Position numbers and translations under genes: made by a program | Notes under the pieces: generated by a model | What the model saw: only the letters and a program-made list of their open reading frames with translations | What the model was told of the DNA's origin: nothing | Databases searched by the model: none | Part shown: positions 1 through 13,034 of the stretch, in pieces | Numbering within the stretch: position 1 is the stretch's first letter | Layout of the letters: each line of letters opens with the position of its first letter | Assembly: GCA_973895155.1 (NCBI GenBank) | Contig: OZ316894.1 | Coordinates: 186,001-250,000, forward strand | Direction of reading: 5' to 3' | Length of the DNA: 64,000 bases | DNA from: Marsupella aquatica | Taxonomy: Eukaryota; Plantae; Marchantiophyta

Positions 1-3000
1 GGATTCCGCCGCCGGAATGATCCCCAATAGGCTTGGTTCAGCCGCTAAGACCTCTCTCAGCTCGACACATCCAACTCTCACTCCCCTGCTTACTTTCCTT
101 CCTTCTGGTTGATGTGGGCACTCTTCACACAAGTTAATGCGACACACAAATAGCAAAATGACTCATTCTGACTGAGTCATACCATGCACTTGCCATACAA
201 ACAGTACATCTCATACACAAGTTCTGCGAACTAAGCCGTGAGGCCAACTCTATTCAGCTCTTAGGCATGAGGAAACATGAATATACACAAGGGTCATTGT
301 ATGACTAACCGAGAGCTTCTCGTACTACTTGATCCCAGCCCGGCTGGTGCAAACTAAAAACTTGCTAAAGAAGAGGCCCTGAGCTCCCCGCTGCCCAGGT
401 ACTTATCCTGGTAGTGGATCCGCCATTCTTTGCATCGTAAGCCTAATCAACCTAACAGTAATCTACTTGCCCGAATCTACCTATGTACAGCAAGGCAGGA
501 GCACAAGTGTTGCTCCTACCAGTGGGACCGCAATCCCACTAAGCTAAGTGTCAGGGCCGCTCCTGGTTCTGATCCTAATCCTAAACGTGGAGATCTGCGC
601 CCGCCCTGCCCACTCATGCCTCCTCCCTCCACGTCCGCCCTCCCTAAAAGGAACGGCGCCCTTGCACCGTCACGACACCGGTGGTGGATCCTTAATGGAC
701 GCCCCCAACGCTTCCTCCTCAGCCACTGCCGTAGGCTCATTCCCTGACAGATTACCTGCCCTTGACTGAGTCAACTCTCCATCGGCCTGACTGGGTCCAC
801 CATCGGCGTCAGCATCGGCTCGGGAATTGGTTACGGCCTCAGCCTCGGCTACGGTCTCCCCGGCCTGCTCAAGAGGCGGATCTGGAATACCGGCCTCATT
901 ACTGAGTAGTTTGGCTTGGGCCGCACCACCCCCACCTGTGATGATAGCGGGATCTATTGCCGTATTCATGCCGGAGGATGGTGCTGGTTCTACCTCTTTG
1001 GTCACCACGGCTTGTGGAGTCGGATTACTCCTTGACCCTGAAGGTTTCCGCTTTTTCTTCTTTTCTGGTTCGGCAGCTGGTCCCTTCCCCTTCCCACTTA
1101 CTTCCGGCACTGGTGCAGTTGGCGCGGCTTTTTCTTCGGCCAGTACCACTCCTGGTAACTTGGTTGCCCCAATTGGAGTTGGGCCTGATGAAGACAAGCA
1201 CTCAAATACTGCGGCTTGTTTCTTCAGCCGCTCCGTTTGGTTGTCGGCCCGCCGCTGGAGGTTCTCCATCTTCCTCGTGATTTCCTCCAACTCCTCCTGG
1301 GTCTCATCCAGGTCCTTGCGTGCCTCCTCTAGTTCCTTCTGGGCTTCCTCCCGTTCTTGTTTCAAGGTAGTCCTCTCCTCCTGGGTTGCTCTTAGCTCCT
1401 TGTCGAGCTCTGCAATGATGACAGACTCCATCTGGTTCATCTTGGCGTAAGTCTGTTCGAGCATCTCGTCCTTCTCCCTTAGGTCGGCCTTGAAGCTGGC
1501 CGTGAGGGACGCAAGCTCCTGCTGCAGCGCCATAATCCCTTGATAGGATTTCCCTAACTCGGCCTCCTTCTGCTCAAGGGCTTCGCGGATTTTCTCGAGC
1601 TCCCCTTTCAACGCCCATTCCTTTCTTTGGGTCTCCGCCATGGCCCGGCTGTTGGCTGTTATGTGGGCCTCCTCTGTATTCTTCAGCTCTTGCTTCCACT
1701 TCTCCCTCTCTTTGATCGTGTTGGCCAACTCTCCCTGCGTCTGAGTCAGTTTATCCTTGATATTCTGATTATCAGCCTGTGCGGTGTCCAACTGCCCCTG
1801 CATGATGTTCAGCTCATGTCGTTTAATCCGCAGTTCATCTTGGGCTTTCTTGGCCGCCCTTAGATCTTCAATCTCGGCTTCCATCCTCCTAAGCCGCCGA
1901 ATGACCTCGTCCTTCTTGCTTCTCTCTAAAGCCATCGCTTCTTCTAATTGGTGCTTCTCCAACTGCTCCCTATGGAAAAAGGGTCCTACCTCCAACTCCT
2001 CTCCAAAGATGCCGAGCGCAAGTTCCCCACACATCTCACCATACTCCATGGCTCTATTCTTAGCGTAGGTGGAGTAAGTAGAAGTGATCGGCATCGCCCA
2101 TCGCGGCCTCTGCTCCCAAGCCGTCTTGCGGATCTCTTCAATCGTGGCTAGAGGTTTGCTTCCTTTTTTGGCTAGCCGCCTGATGTCCTCCGGCCAATCT
2201 CCTCCTGGTAAATCCTTTTCCTTAGCCAGGGCTGCCTCCTCTTCCTGCTTGATTCGCTCCTGAAATTCCTGCACCGTCTATTTTATGCCGTCGAAGCTCG
2301 GGGGAGCAACATCTGGTGGGGGAGACTCAGGGCTACTCTGCTGGTTGGGGTCCCCTCGCACTACCCTTGGAAGTGTGGGGACAAACCGGCCACAGGTCCT
2401 TACTCCTGGGACGTGATGGTCCGACCCATAGCCGGAATTATCATGGCTGCAGTCCTCCACTGCCTCCTCTACTTCTTGGTCGTCCGGCTTCTCCCTCTCC
2501 TCTTTGTCGGTAGGAGCTTCAGGCAATTCTGCCTCAGATTCGGAGCTTGAGATTCCCACATACATTCGAACACCTGGCTTGGATTCAGGCCTGATTCTCT
2601 CCTTGTCTCCAGCAAAGGGGTTTTCTCTTGTGAGCCGGTGTAGGCCTACCTCTGTAGTAGTGTCCTGCATTGTTGCCGTTGCCGTTGTTGTTGCCGATGC
2701 CGATTTCTTTTCTTTCTCCAGTAGTTTCAGCAGACTCTGCATGCCTGGTTGCTGCATCGGCAAGTCCTCCTTCCTGGGCCTAAACACCTGCTCGATCGTA
2801 GGGCTAACAGGTGGTTGAGGCTTCTCAGCCAACGGCCTCGGCGTTGGAGCTTCCTCGGGTGCCCTTACCTGTAGGGGAAGTACCGGGGCAAAAGTCTGAC
2901 CTCTGGCATACCGGCACAACAACGGCATGTGATAGCCAAGCCGCGACATGCTCCCCATGCCGATTACCTGCTGCTCCTCCTTTAAGATCTTCTTCAATTG

Positions 3001-4419
3001 GTTGAGGAGGTACCCGTTGTAGTCCCGGCTTGGGTCTGGCCTTTCTGCCAGATAGACCTGTGCCTTGCCGATCTCTGCCCTCGGCAAGTTACAATGCATG
3101 GTCACCCGCAAGAAGTCGATCATCTCTCCTATGTGCGGGTTGGTGTAGGTGTTCCGGAAGAAGCCATTCTTCGTTGATGGCCCGGGGAACGACCGGAACT
3201 CCTTGTCAGGCAAGGTCTTCCTGGTATCAACTTTGGTCTTATTGCCTATCGGCAAGCCAAACACTTCGGCAATTACCTTGGGAGTAAGATAGAAATCATT
3301 CCCATATATCCTCGTGCAATTGGTCTCGGGTTCCCATGACCCCACGAATTCTAATAGGTCGGACTCCGGTACCTCCGGCTTCAGCCATGGTAATCTTACA
3401 AAGGCCTCTAAGCCGCCCCGGCCATGAAGCCTTGGTACTTCTTGGTCTGCATGGCCGTGAAGCATGCATCCTCCTCCCGTGCAAAATGTAGTTGCACCTC
3501 CACCGGTAGGGTTGCCGCCCAGCCCTTCCAGGTGTCATCCCTGGTTGGAATGGCCTTGATGGGATCGACCTCCTCCTCTTCGGCTTCTCCCTGCCTCCTG
3601 CTCTGCTGCTCGGCTGGCTTCTTTGGTGCCGCCGACCTCGTTCTTTTTGCCGGGGTGGCTTCATCGTTGACGGCTCCCTTCCTCTTCATCTCTGCTGCCG
3701 TGGAGGTTTCTCCTAGCACCGTTGCCTGGGTCCACCTTTCCGTGCTACCCTTTAATTCCCAGTGTATGTCGTTGCAGTTCTTGATGGCCTCTCGGATGCC
3801 GACGACGCTGTCTTTGCAAAATAGAAGATCGTCGAGTTGATTGGAAGTAGGCGTCCACAGGAACTCGTCCTTGATGAGTTCGCCTCCTAAGAAAGCCGTC
3901 TTCTGCAGCTCCCACAATCGAGCGAGCTCCTGCCGTTCTCGAGCTGCCCTTTCTGATTCCTCGTCCTCGTAAGTCTTGATGTACTCAGTTGCCCGTTCGA
4001 ACAGGCATCCCCAGAAATGTGCCGCTTGATTGACGTTGCTCATACCCTAATTAGGTCGATCGTCGGTATCTACTCTCTCCCCGAGTGCTTGCCTAAGCAG
4101 CTGACAGTAGTTGGCCTCCCGTAGTCGTCTGCCTAGTTCGTGCTCGCAAATGAGCCACCATCTCCTGCAAGCGCTCCTTACCCCTCTCCTCTGCCGATCC
4201 TTCTTCCCGTTGATCCTTCCTAGCCGCCGACGCTTAACGCGCCCTAACCCTAATCGAGTTTTCACCCTCAGCGTCCTTACCTCCGGCCTCGGCCCGGGTT
4301 CCATGGTTGCCCCTAATGGTTTATATTTTCCTTGTTTTGTCCCTATACTAAGGTGTTCCTAGGGTGCCTTCCTGCTTTACCCACTTAACTGGCCGAGTGA
4401 TTCCTGTCTAGGCATCACA
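1..4419 (-). mobile_element. Family A element, copy A1 (solo-LTR-like gene-carrying unit; runs off the left edge)
   Basis: Reverse complement of the 48832-53389 part of copy A2. Terminus TGTGATGCC on the minus strand at 4419-4411. Interrupts a gag reading frame on its right; adjacent 5-mer ATCTC (4420-4424) is the candidate TSD. Confidence 0.9.
670..4043 (-). pseudogene. Family A internal gene (plant-transposon-protein-like domain, low-complexity linker, long coiled coil, basic KKKKRK motif), disrupted
   Basis: ORF pieces 3408-4043, 2278-3465 and 670-2274 join into one protein matching A2/A3. 1-nt frameshift near 3415 and a TAG at 2278-2280 where A2/A3 have CAG. Confidence 0.88.
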
Positions 4420-5255
4420 ATCTCTATGGTCAGGGTTAAGGAACAATCCAGGAGAGATGTATCCTCGGATTATTCAGAACCCGTCAGTACCTCCTAGGCC
4501 GAATGTGCAAAGATTTGCGGCGTGCTATAATTGTGGTCAACCTGGCCATTTTGCTAGAGAATGCCCGAATGCACGCAAACAGGGTGATGGACAACCAGCT
4601 CAGCTATGTATGGGATGCCGACAGGAAGGTCATATGCTAGGGCAATGTCCTACTTGGTTGGCAGGCCTGGCCGCAAATCATAAACTTTTGCCGGTCAAGA
4701 TCCTACCGCCAGGCACTACCCCCGGAGGAGTTCAAATCAACCACATCGAACTAGGATGGCAAGAGGATGCCGAGGCAGAGTTCGTACCATCTGATGATGA
4801 GGCCGAAGCCCTATCAACCTTCTCAGAGGAGGATTTAGATCATGATTGCTACCGGGTCTCTACTCGATCTACCAGAAGGAAGGAAAGGTGGGATGGGCTG
4901 GCCAAAAATAAAGGGAAGGTTACGGAGGAAAAGATCGACTCTTCGTCAACATCAACAGAAGGAGAAGGGAGGGCTCCGGCAATACAGGTAAGCCATGAGC
5001 CCACCAGTGAAACCAATCCTTCACAAGATAGCGACTTCAATCGAGATCATCCTAAGTTGTTCTACCCCTCTGTTACGGCTAGTGTTAAGGAACAACTAAG
5101 AGAATTAGAAACCCTGGAGAATACCGAAGCCATTGCCAAGGATGTAAAACGAGCAAAAGCATTGTTTGCTTCGGAAGACCCAACAGCTGTGGAGACTAGC
5201 GTGGCAAAACTGGCCGAATCCAAGACGGAGACACCACCAGAGGAGAAGCCGATTG
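4420..5255 (+). pseudogene. Ty3/gypsy gag C-terminal fragment with two CCHC zinc knuckles (element E, related to B)
   Basis: CYNCGQPGHFAREC and CMGCRQEGHMLGQC. CYRVSTR and DFNRDHPKLFYP match B gag (CYRVSTR, DYRRDDPKLFFP). Ends abruptly near 5255, with no protease. Confidence 0.85.
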
Positions 5256-5490
5256 CAGGTTTTGGCAAGGACTTGGATCATCAGGTATGTCAAGGGTGAC
5301 AAGGGAGGAGATCTGCCTCGAGCATTGTACTTTGAAGAAATCAAAGTCGAGGCTCCAGCAGACGAGTCGTTTGTGGCCGAAGTTGGCCTTAGCAAGCTTA
5401 AGAATATTGTTGCTGACCTAGGGTCAGACATACTGGAGACATTCAGGTCTTTTAGCATCAAAAAGTAGGCAGTCAAACTATACAAGAGGA
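5256..5490 (+). pseudogene. 3' fragment of a paralogue of the RPA70C-like gene at 20004-21241
   Basis: QVLARTWIIRYVKGDKGGDLPRALYFEE...IVADLGSDILETFRSFSIKK aligns by eye with VMSHAWTITYVKDDCGEKHQAVRFEQ...LYEDFSADIVDTLKSFCISK (20004-20234, minus). Confidence 0.65.
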
Positions 5491-6675
5491 AGGGTTTCGG
5501 ATGGCTGGGTTAAATCATCTGGTTTTGGATGATACTTTGTTAGGGATTGAGGCCTTGTGAGCCTCGTTTTCATTGTAAGACTTTTTCTTACCAACTATGT
5601 ATTCATCTCAGAATTTGGTGCCTGGTTACAATTTACAGAGTTTGAAGAAAACCGCACATGTTATTCATGCCCACATTCATGTCTATTTTAATTGAGTGGT
5701 TTGGTCACAAAAGCTCCATACATTTTGACTTTTGTTTCCACTAGGATCCTGTCTACGTGTGGGTGCTGCAAATTCCTTGCGGGATAATGTCTGGCTTCAA
5801 CATGGGACACTTCTCCAGACCTGCTTTACTTTGAACTATTGGCAAAGTGCATTATTATGGTTTATGTGATTTTTTCTATTGTTCTTTAGTCATGGCGAGC
5901 AACAGAACCATGCGGGTGTCCCCAACGTGATCAAAATTATTGCCCCGCCGGTGAAATATTGAATATGTAATATTGAGTACATGCAAAAATGATAATTTAA
6001 CTCTCTCAATTGAGAGACAAAGTGCCTCAAAACCAATAAAACTCCCACTGGGATAGATATTCAATATTGTCCTAGTAAAGCCCCTTCAGGGTCGGACGAG
6101 TAGAATGGGAAACCATGGAAAGAACCTGAAGACATCAAGTATTTAGGCGACAAGGAATCTGTTCATGGATATGGATGGATTTAGGGTTTGTGCTATGTAA
6201 GCACTTTTCTGCAATTTTATTGAGGCACTTTAGCTACTCAGAAAAAGTCTTAAAAATTGTTAGCATAGAGATTGTAGATAGTAGAAGCCACGGCTTAAGA
6301 TTCACCACTTTTGGAGTTTAGGATTAGAAGTGAAAAATAGTCAAAGATGATAGATTTGTATGTTTTGTCAAAAAAGTATAATGACACTTAGTCATTCCGA
6401 CACTTTTGAGGGACACTACCATTACAGTAGTACTTACACAATGTTACTGGTTCTGCCTGACGGGTTGTGACCAACCATTGTTGATGCGAAAATGAAATGA
6501 AGGTGAAAAATAAGTCAATGCGCGCCTTACATTAAATCTCTGAACAATTTTACAGTTCCATAAAAACCAGCCTCGCCTATGAGACAGAATTCTTGGAAAT
6601 CTTCATGTAAGACAAAACTAGCCTCACCTACGAGACTGAAACTTTGGATATCCTCATCACACACATCCAGAACCT

Positions 6676-6727
6676 ACAGAACCTACACCTGCAGCGAGTC
6701 TTACAGAACCTACACCTGCAGCGAGTC
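6676..6727. repeat. Direct duplication of a 25-mer spanning the transposase stop codon
   Basis: ACAGAACCTACACCTGCAGCGAGTC at 6676-6700 and 6703-6727. Confidence 0.85.
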
Positions 6728-9700
6728 ATAAATGGCTTCTATAGTGTCTGAGTCTAGTGTGTAAAATCTAGCACCTCGTCCCTTGCCTCCCTTGGGCACG
6801 TCACATGGTGTCAAACCAAATCGAATGTGAATGACTTCCCCTGGGTGGCAGTAGCTGAAAGGAGAAGCAGAATTGAAGACAAACTTGTTTTCAGATCCTG
6901 GATATGGTTGGAACCACCTCCCCTTTAAGGCCATGTCCCCTGCCTTGAATTGTACCTGGTACCCATCAGCAAAACTCTTTGTGACTGTGTGGAGCACCTC
7001 TTCGCACTGATAAATGTAGAAGTCTACATTATCTTGATTCGGTTGACAAGCACGACATGCATAGAAATCTCCCAATTGGACACATTCTGGCAGAGAGATG
7101 TTGTGAAGCAGTCCTTCACCCTCTCCGATGTTCTGTACATTAGGTCTGACATCTGCCTGCAATACCCCTTTGACCATCTCTAGGCGATACTTGCCCACCC
7201 ATTCCTTGTTCTCACAATTCATTGGATCATCATCAACACAAGCTACACAAAAACAACTGAGCTCTCGAACTTGCAACAATGTTGACAAACTCTTACTAAA
7301 TCCATCAAAGCAGTGCAAAGATCTACAATCCTTGATTGGATCACAATCCCACTTCTTCCTTCTGTTTACAGTGCCAACTGGAATTTCCCAAAAAACACGT
7401 CGAACGAGTTGCACATCACCATACTCTTGCAATTGACCAACGGCAAACTTGTCTTTGCAAAACTTCACCACATCTGATGCACCCTCCAGACGATGACCAT
7501 TGATGCCTTTCAGTTGCTCAGTTGCAAGCCCGGTCTTGATGTGACCTCCGAGAGCATCCTATTACAGCATACCAGAAACACAAATTAGAAGTCTCTTCGG
7601 TGTGCAAGTTTGGACATCCAACTCCATTAGAAACTTACTACACTTCAGTTGAAAGGCGGGTATTCACAGAATTGGTTGCAAAGTGTGTTCAAAAGATACT
7701 CACAGCAACACCCTTCCCATGGCCAGAGGCATGGAAGAACCATTTCATCCGTGCACCAAACCTCGAGTAGTACCTACTGACGTAATAAAACGGTCTGCAG
7801 GCCTTGAACTGAGAGGCAGCCCCATCAGACCAAACCCAATGTTGATCAACATGAATGCCCTGATCAGCCATCCACTCCCAATGTGCATCCATGCAATGTT
7901 GCACAAAAAGAGTGTCATGACAGTTATCGTCACTAATGTAGAAATGGTAATCGGCTATAATATCACGAGTCCTATCAGCATTTTGTGCTGCTTGCACAGG
8001 CCTACCCACTGCAGCTTCAAGTGAATCGGCATCTTCCCTATGTCTATAGGTAACATGGATTAACAATGTCACTTGCTTATTGTCCCAATGTTGACTCTGA
8101 ATCTCATTTTGAGGCAAAAAAGTGTAATTTTCTGAAAAATCTATTGAAGAAACAATTGTCCCTCTTGGAAATGTTTTGAGACATTGTCTAAATTGTTGCG
8201 ACTGCCAATGTGCTCGAAAGTTATGCACAATAAATGTTTTCATGGTATCCAACACCGCCCTCTTAAAATCTACCATGGGAGTTTTCTTATAAACCATCCT
8301 CAATCGCCTAGCCTTCTTTGTTGTGCTCTCTTCAGACCCTTTCTTTTTCTCTCTCTTTTGTTGGGCAGTGTCATCCAGGTCATGATATTCAAACGACTGC
8401 CAATCGATCATTTGTTTCTGTGCAGGGTCCAACTCCTGAGTGCACCAATCCAACTTCTCTACTCCACATTTGTCACATTCACCTATAATACAGGCTTTTT
8501 GGTGCCACTCGTTCTCAGGCAATCTAGGACAGAGAGCTTCCTCTATCCAGCCACGAACTGAGGTTATGGACTTTGTAGATGCCATACAAGAAGAAATGGG
8601 TACAACACCTAAGGGTCTACAGATATCACATTCACAAGGACAGTCCTTATTGTGCTGGTGCCACCTAAATTTGTTAATTGCCTCTTTCAGTAAGTCCATC
8701 TCCACATGTTGTTTGCAGCAACAAACATTTCGGTCCTTCATCTTGCGAACATAATATGGCTTGAAGTGTATGAATGACCGCATCCCTACAGACACCCCAT
8801 TCTGCTCCCTTGTGCACCAGTCACGAAATGCTGAATAGAATTGATACTGTAAACATACAGGAGAGTTTTATTAGAAATACTATAGCAAATAGACACCCTC
8901 AAATGTGCAGCCATAAAAATCCCTAGATATCTGGGTACTACTTACTTTTAGACTGAAGTCCTTCAACAAGGGTTGGAATCCTCATTGGAAGACTACCAGC
9001 AAAGCTTAAGGACTAAAGTCCATCGGGGAGGAGTACTACAATCATTTGGTCAAAGCGCTTCACTCGCTGACAAAGGACTAGTCTATAGATGTAACACAAC
9101 CCATGACTATAGTCCTTTACAAAGGATTAAAGTCCTTATCGAAGGACTACATAGTCCTCGGATGAGGACTAAAGACAGGCCTCGACAAAGGAGTAAAGTA
9201 CTTCAATAAGGACTACAATCCTTGAATAAAGACTATAGTCCTTTACAAAGGAGTCAAGTCCTTAAGTAAGTACTATAGTCCTTTACAAAGGAGTAAACAC
9301 TTGAGTAAGGACTATAGTCCTTTACAAAGGACTACAATTCTTGAAAGAATAAGGACTATAGTCCTAAGTTACGAAAGCCCGTACCAAGGAGTAAAGTCCA
9401 AGGACTATTAGTAGTCCTGTTAAAAGGAGTAAAGTCCTTGGGGAAGGACTATAGTCCTTTACAAAGTAGTAAAGTCCTTTTGTAAGGACTATTAATAGTC
9501 CTTCACAAAGGAGTAAAGTCCTTGAGAAAGGACTATAGTCCTTCACAAAGGAGTAAAGTCCTTGAGAAAGGACTATAGTCCTTCACAAAGTAGTAAAGTC
9601 CTTTAGTAAGGACTATTAATAGTCCTTCACAAAGGAGTGAAGTCCTTGAGAAAGGACTATAGTCCTTTACAAAGTAGTAAAGTCCTTGAGTAAGGACTAA

Positions 9701-11691
9701 AGTCCTTTACGAAGTAGTAAAGTCCTTTAGGAAGGACTATTAATAGTCCTTCACAAAGGAGTAAAGTCCTTGAGAAAGGACTATAGTTCTTTACAAAGTA
9801 GTAAAGTCCTTGAGTAAGGACTATAGTCCTTTACAAAGTAGTAAAGTCCTTGAGTAGGGACTATTAATAGTCCTTCACAAAGGAGTTAAGTCCTTTAGAA
9901 AGGACTAATATAGTCCTTTACAAAGTAGTAAAGTCCTTCAGAAAGTCCTTTAAAAAGTAGTAAAGTCCTTTGATAAGGACTATATAGTCCTGGGCAAAGG
10001 AGTATAGTCCTTTTATAAGGACTATATAGTCCTTGACGCTTAGTGAAGCCCTTGGCTAAGGAGTAAAGTCCTTTGACTAAGGACTTCACTGCTATCCATA
10101 CTCCTGAGTCAAGGACTATATAGTCCTTAGTGATTAACTAGATAGTACTTTGCCAAGGACTCAACTCGTTTCTCATGCCAAACTTCACTTGACAAGGATT
10201 CAACAGTGCTTCCTGAAGGCCTAGATAGTCAGTCCTGAAGGAATTTTCCTGGAACAGAGTCCTTCCTGCTAGGCTATATAGGACGTCAGGTCTCACAAAA
10301 TTATTCAGATCCTACCTTAAAGAAAAAACTAGGCGGTTACAGCAGAGCACAATGGCTAAAGCACACATGAAGGAAACCTACTTCTCAACATCTGCAGATC
10401 GTATTATGAGTTAAAATCAAAAGTGGCAAATCAATCATGGAGAATTTCTCACCTGTGTATCCTCCAGCCAGTGCACTTGATGTGTTTCATACATTTTCCG
10501 CCCTAGTCGCAATCTGGCTTCATTGTTCTTACATGGAGAAATCCGAGTGTGGGTTTCCCAAAAGTGTTCCACCTGTTTTCGAACTTCATCAGAAATCTTA
10601 TCTCGACGTACCTTTCTTTCCCCCATAGGATAAGTTTTTTCACGATCTTCATCAATCTGCATCCTGATCTTAGATGCCCTATGAAGATTTTGCCGTTGTA
10701 TACCCAAAGCTTGAGCTAGAGAGGTCTGCTGCCTTCTATCTACACATGTCTTTCCTACAAGTGCTGACAAAACTTGGTACTTTGCAGCAAGATGGTCTTT
10801 GCGCTTCCCTTGCTTCACTATGCTCAAGGTTTTCCTCACATCACATAATGCAGCAGCTACAGCCCAATCCATTTTAGGCGAACCTAGTCTTGTAGGCTGG
10901 TACTTCTTCAAGTATTTGTGCAACCAGATACCAGATAGTACTGCCCTCCTTGCACCTACATTGAATGTAGCGGTCTTCTCCAAAATGTACCTAACTATAT
11001 CTGATAACACAATTGTAATGCACCTTCTCTTTCGGTTGGGAGTTACACAGTCTTCTGGAACAGAGCGCTTGCTCCTTTGGTACTCAAATCTCTTCCTGTC
11101 TGCATCCTTCCTCCTCTTCTCAAGAATGGAACCTTCCTGCAATTGGTCATCACAACCACAATTATCGTGCTCACCTTCATTTAGTGGATGAAGGTGGGCT
11201 GCATGCACTTGAGTGCAAGCAGTTTGGGTGCTCTGCCTTGGCATTCGAATGTGGGCGTTGACTTGTGTTGGAATGCTTGCCCTTAGGGTCCTCCGCCTAG
11301 ACTCTAAAATCTCAAAATGGCATGAATGCGCAGCCTCCTTGAGATTTTCACTTTCTTCCCGGGCTGTACGCAACATCACAGCGGCAGCTTCATGAGCCTC
11401 ACTAGTAATTCTCATTGCCTCTGATTGCCCAGCAGCCAATAACTCTCTTTGCCTTCGGTTGCCATCAATCACTAAATCTTGACATTGCTGCTTAGCACTC
11501 TCCATCATGAGATTGCACTGTTGTTGTGTTTCATGAATCATTTCATCAGTGCAAACTGCCTGTTGACCACCTATGTGCTGACCGTTTGCTATTTGCTCTT
11601 GTCTTTTCAACTTGGATTTGCGATTTGCCAACCTTCGCTTCTCCAACCTCTCTCTTGCTAGGGCATCGGATACCTGATTAAGAGTAGCCAT
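6710..11691 (-). CDS. Sola2-type DDD transposase, three exons: complement join(11691-10453, 8846-7704, 7558-6710), about 1076 aa
   Basis: Phase-0 GT-AG junctions (CAG|GTGAG, acAG|TAT; GCT|GTGAGT, atAG|GAT) keep the frame and rebuild HASGHGKGVADALGGHIK. Motifs CCCKQH, DFSENY..QNEIQSQHW, SDDNCHD, WSDGAASQFK. N-terminal coiled coil. No stops. Confidence 0.8.
8955..10165. repeat. Degenerate palindromic minisatellite in transposase intron 1
   Basis: Dozens of ~20-bp subunits built on AGGACT/AGTCCT, including the perfect palindrome AAGGACTATAGTCCTT alternating with AAAG(G/T)AGTAAAGTCCTT (~40-bp dimer). Confidence 0.92.
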
Positions 11692-11874
11692 TTCAGCCTA
11701 ATCATGGAGCATCAAATACGTCGGGGTGTTCAACTTCCTTTACCAATCAAAGGCCGCCCACCCTCATAGAATCAAATTCACCTACGTCCCAGGGATCCAA
11801 TTTCAATTCATGACTTAGAACATACCTCACAAAATCATCACATTTAATCTCTAGACTTGCTACCCTTCCTGATC

Positions 11875-12532
11875 GAGTCCAATGCAACTTCTCCTCTTGA
11901 AAAAGAAAAGCCCTGAGAAAAGCCTTTCAAACTGGGAACTCCCTAAATTGTGTCGATCATCAAATACTCTGTCTAGCTAGTGTCCTTGCTTCTCCAGTCC
12001 AAAGCAACTTCTCCTCTTCAAAACAAAAGCAAATCAATTTAATTTAATGTACCTCAATTCTGTTCACGATAGCTGCCAATACTGATTTGATTGACTGCTT
12101 GACCTTCCTCTCCATGCTCTTTCTTGAAGTTCCTATTCGGATTCAAATGTACGTTGGCAGCAAAGCTTCAGACCTGCAGCTTCATTGAACCTCCTTTTTG
12201 CACTCATTCCCCATGCTCTGAAGGCAACACGGATTTATCAGAGCATGGATCTCACATCATACCACGGATCTTGCTCTTTCAATCAATTTAACCCAATCAT
12301 AGAACTTTCCAGAGTTGCTACCTATTTTGTGTTCCACAAAGCTCAGATAAGGTATTTTAAAGGCCACTGTTGGTCATTCCAGACTTTAACGCAACTTGAA
12401 CTCTTGTTAACAAACAAAGCCTTTCAAAATTTAAGCTACTCTGATTCTGTCAATCATCACATACTTTGTCCAACGTCCTTGCTTCTTCAGTGCAAAGAAA
12501 AATCTCCTCTTCGAAAACAAAAGCATTGAGGC
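11875..12532. repeat. Degenerate tandem duplication upstream of the transposase; next unit continues at 19069-19500 after the Bianca insertion
   Basis: CTCCTCTT(C/G)AAAA at ~11892, ~12012 and ~12505. TACCTCAATTCTG at ~12049 and 19081. CTCATTCCCC(A/T)TGCT...GAAGGCAACAC blocks at ~12203, ~19246 and ~19371. Confidence 0.7.
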
Positions 12533-12667
12533 TGTTGCAAACCATATACTCCAACAATGTAATGAATCTTATTCATGTGTCCAATATATATACATGAGGT
12601 AGTTGAGTTAGATCTTGGTTAGATCTTAACTCGGGTTAAGATATCTAATCCTAGTTAGGGTATAACA
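12533..12667 (-). repeat. Bianca 3' LTR (135 bp)
   Basis: Identical to 18934-19068; PPT adjacent at 12668-12676. Confidence 0.95.
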
Positions 12668-13034
12668 CTCCCCCTTGGGTGTTATAGTTTTTGATGAAAT
12701 TATAACAACCAATCTAAGTTGCTATCAGTTAGATATCTTCTACCTATGTTATATTGTGAGATGATGGAGGTGCAACCTCATTAAAACCTTCCCTACTAAC
12801 ATCATGGAAGGAAAGAGTATTGCCACCTTCCATCTCTTTTGTATGATCTATTTTGTATGTATGTAAGATCTAGAGTACAATACTGGTTTAATTGTGTTTT
12901 CTATGTTGTTAAGCTCCATAGAGGTTGTTGTCTCCATTGTCTTCATTGTAGTGTATGTGAGTTATTGATGTTCTTGAGAATGTCTTGATCTCCTTTGTGG
13001 TAGTATTGATGGTTTGCTTCTTCATAGTAAGTAG

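Noticed and set aside
827-1450. Long antisense ORFs over A, B and C coding regions (also 25364-25921, 51889-52572, 60035-60562)
   Set aside because: Shadow ORFs of GC-rich, low-complexity sense frames; Ser/Phe/Ala-rich with no domain signal.
670-2274. Host SMC/myosin-like coiled-coil gene
   Set aside because: It is the 3' half of the family A gene, repeated three times inside TSD-type mobile units, with no ATPase or motor motifs.
5500-6700. Terminal inverted repeat and TSD of the Sola2 element
   Set aside because: No inverted match to 19070-20000 or 58700-59450 found by eye, so no element boundaries are reported.
9100-10140. CRISPR-like array of palindromic repeats
   Set aside because: No unique spacers, the units are contiguous and degenerate, no cas genes, and it lies in a spliceosomal intron.
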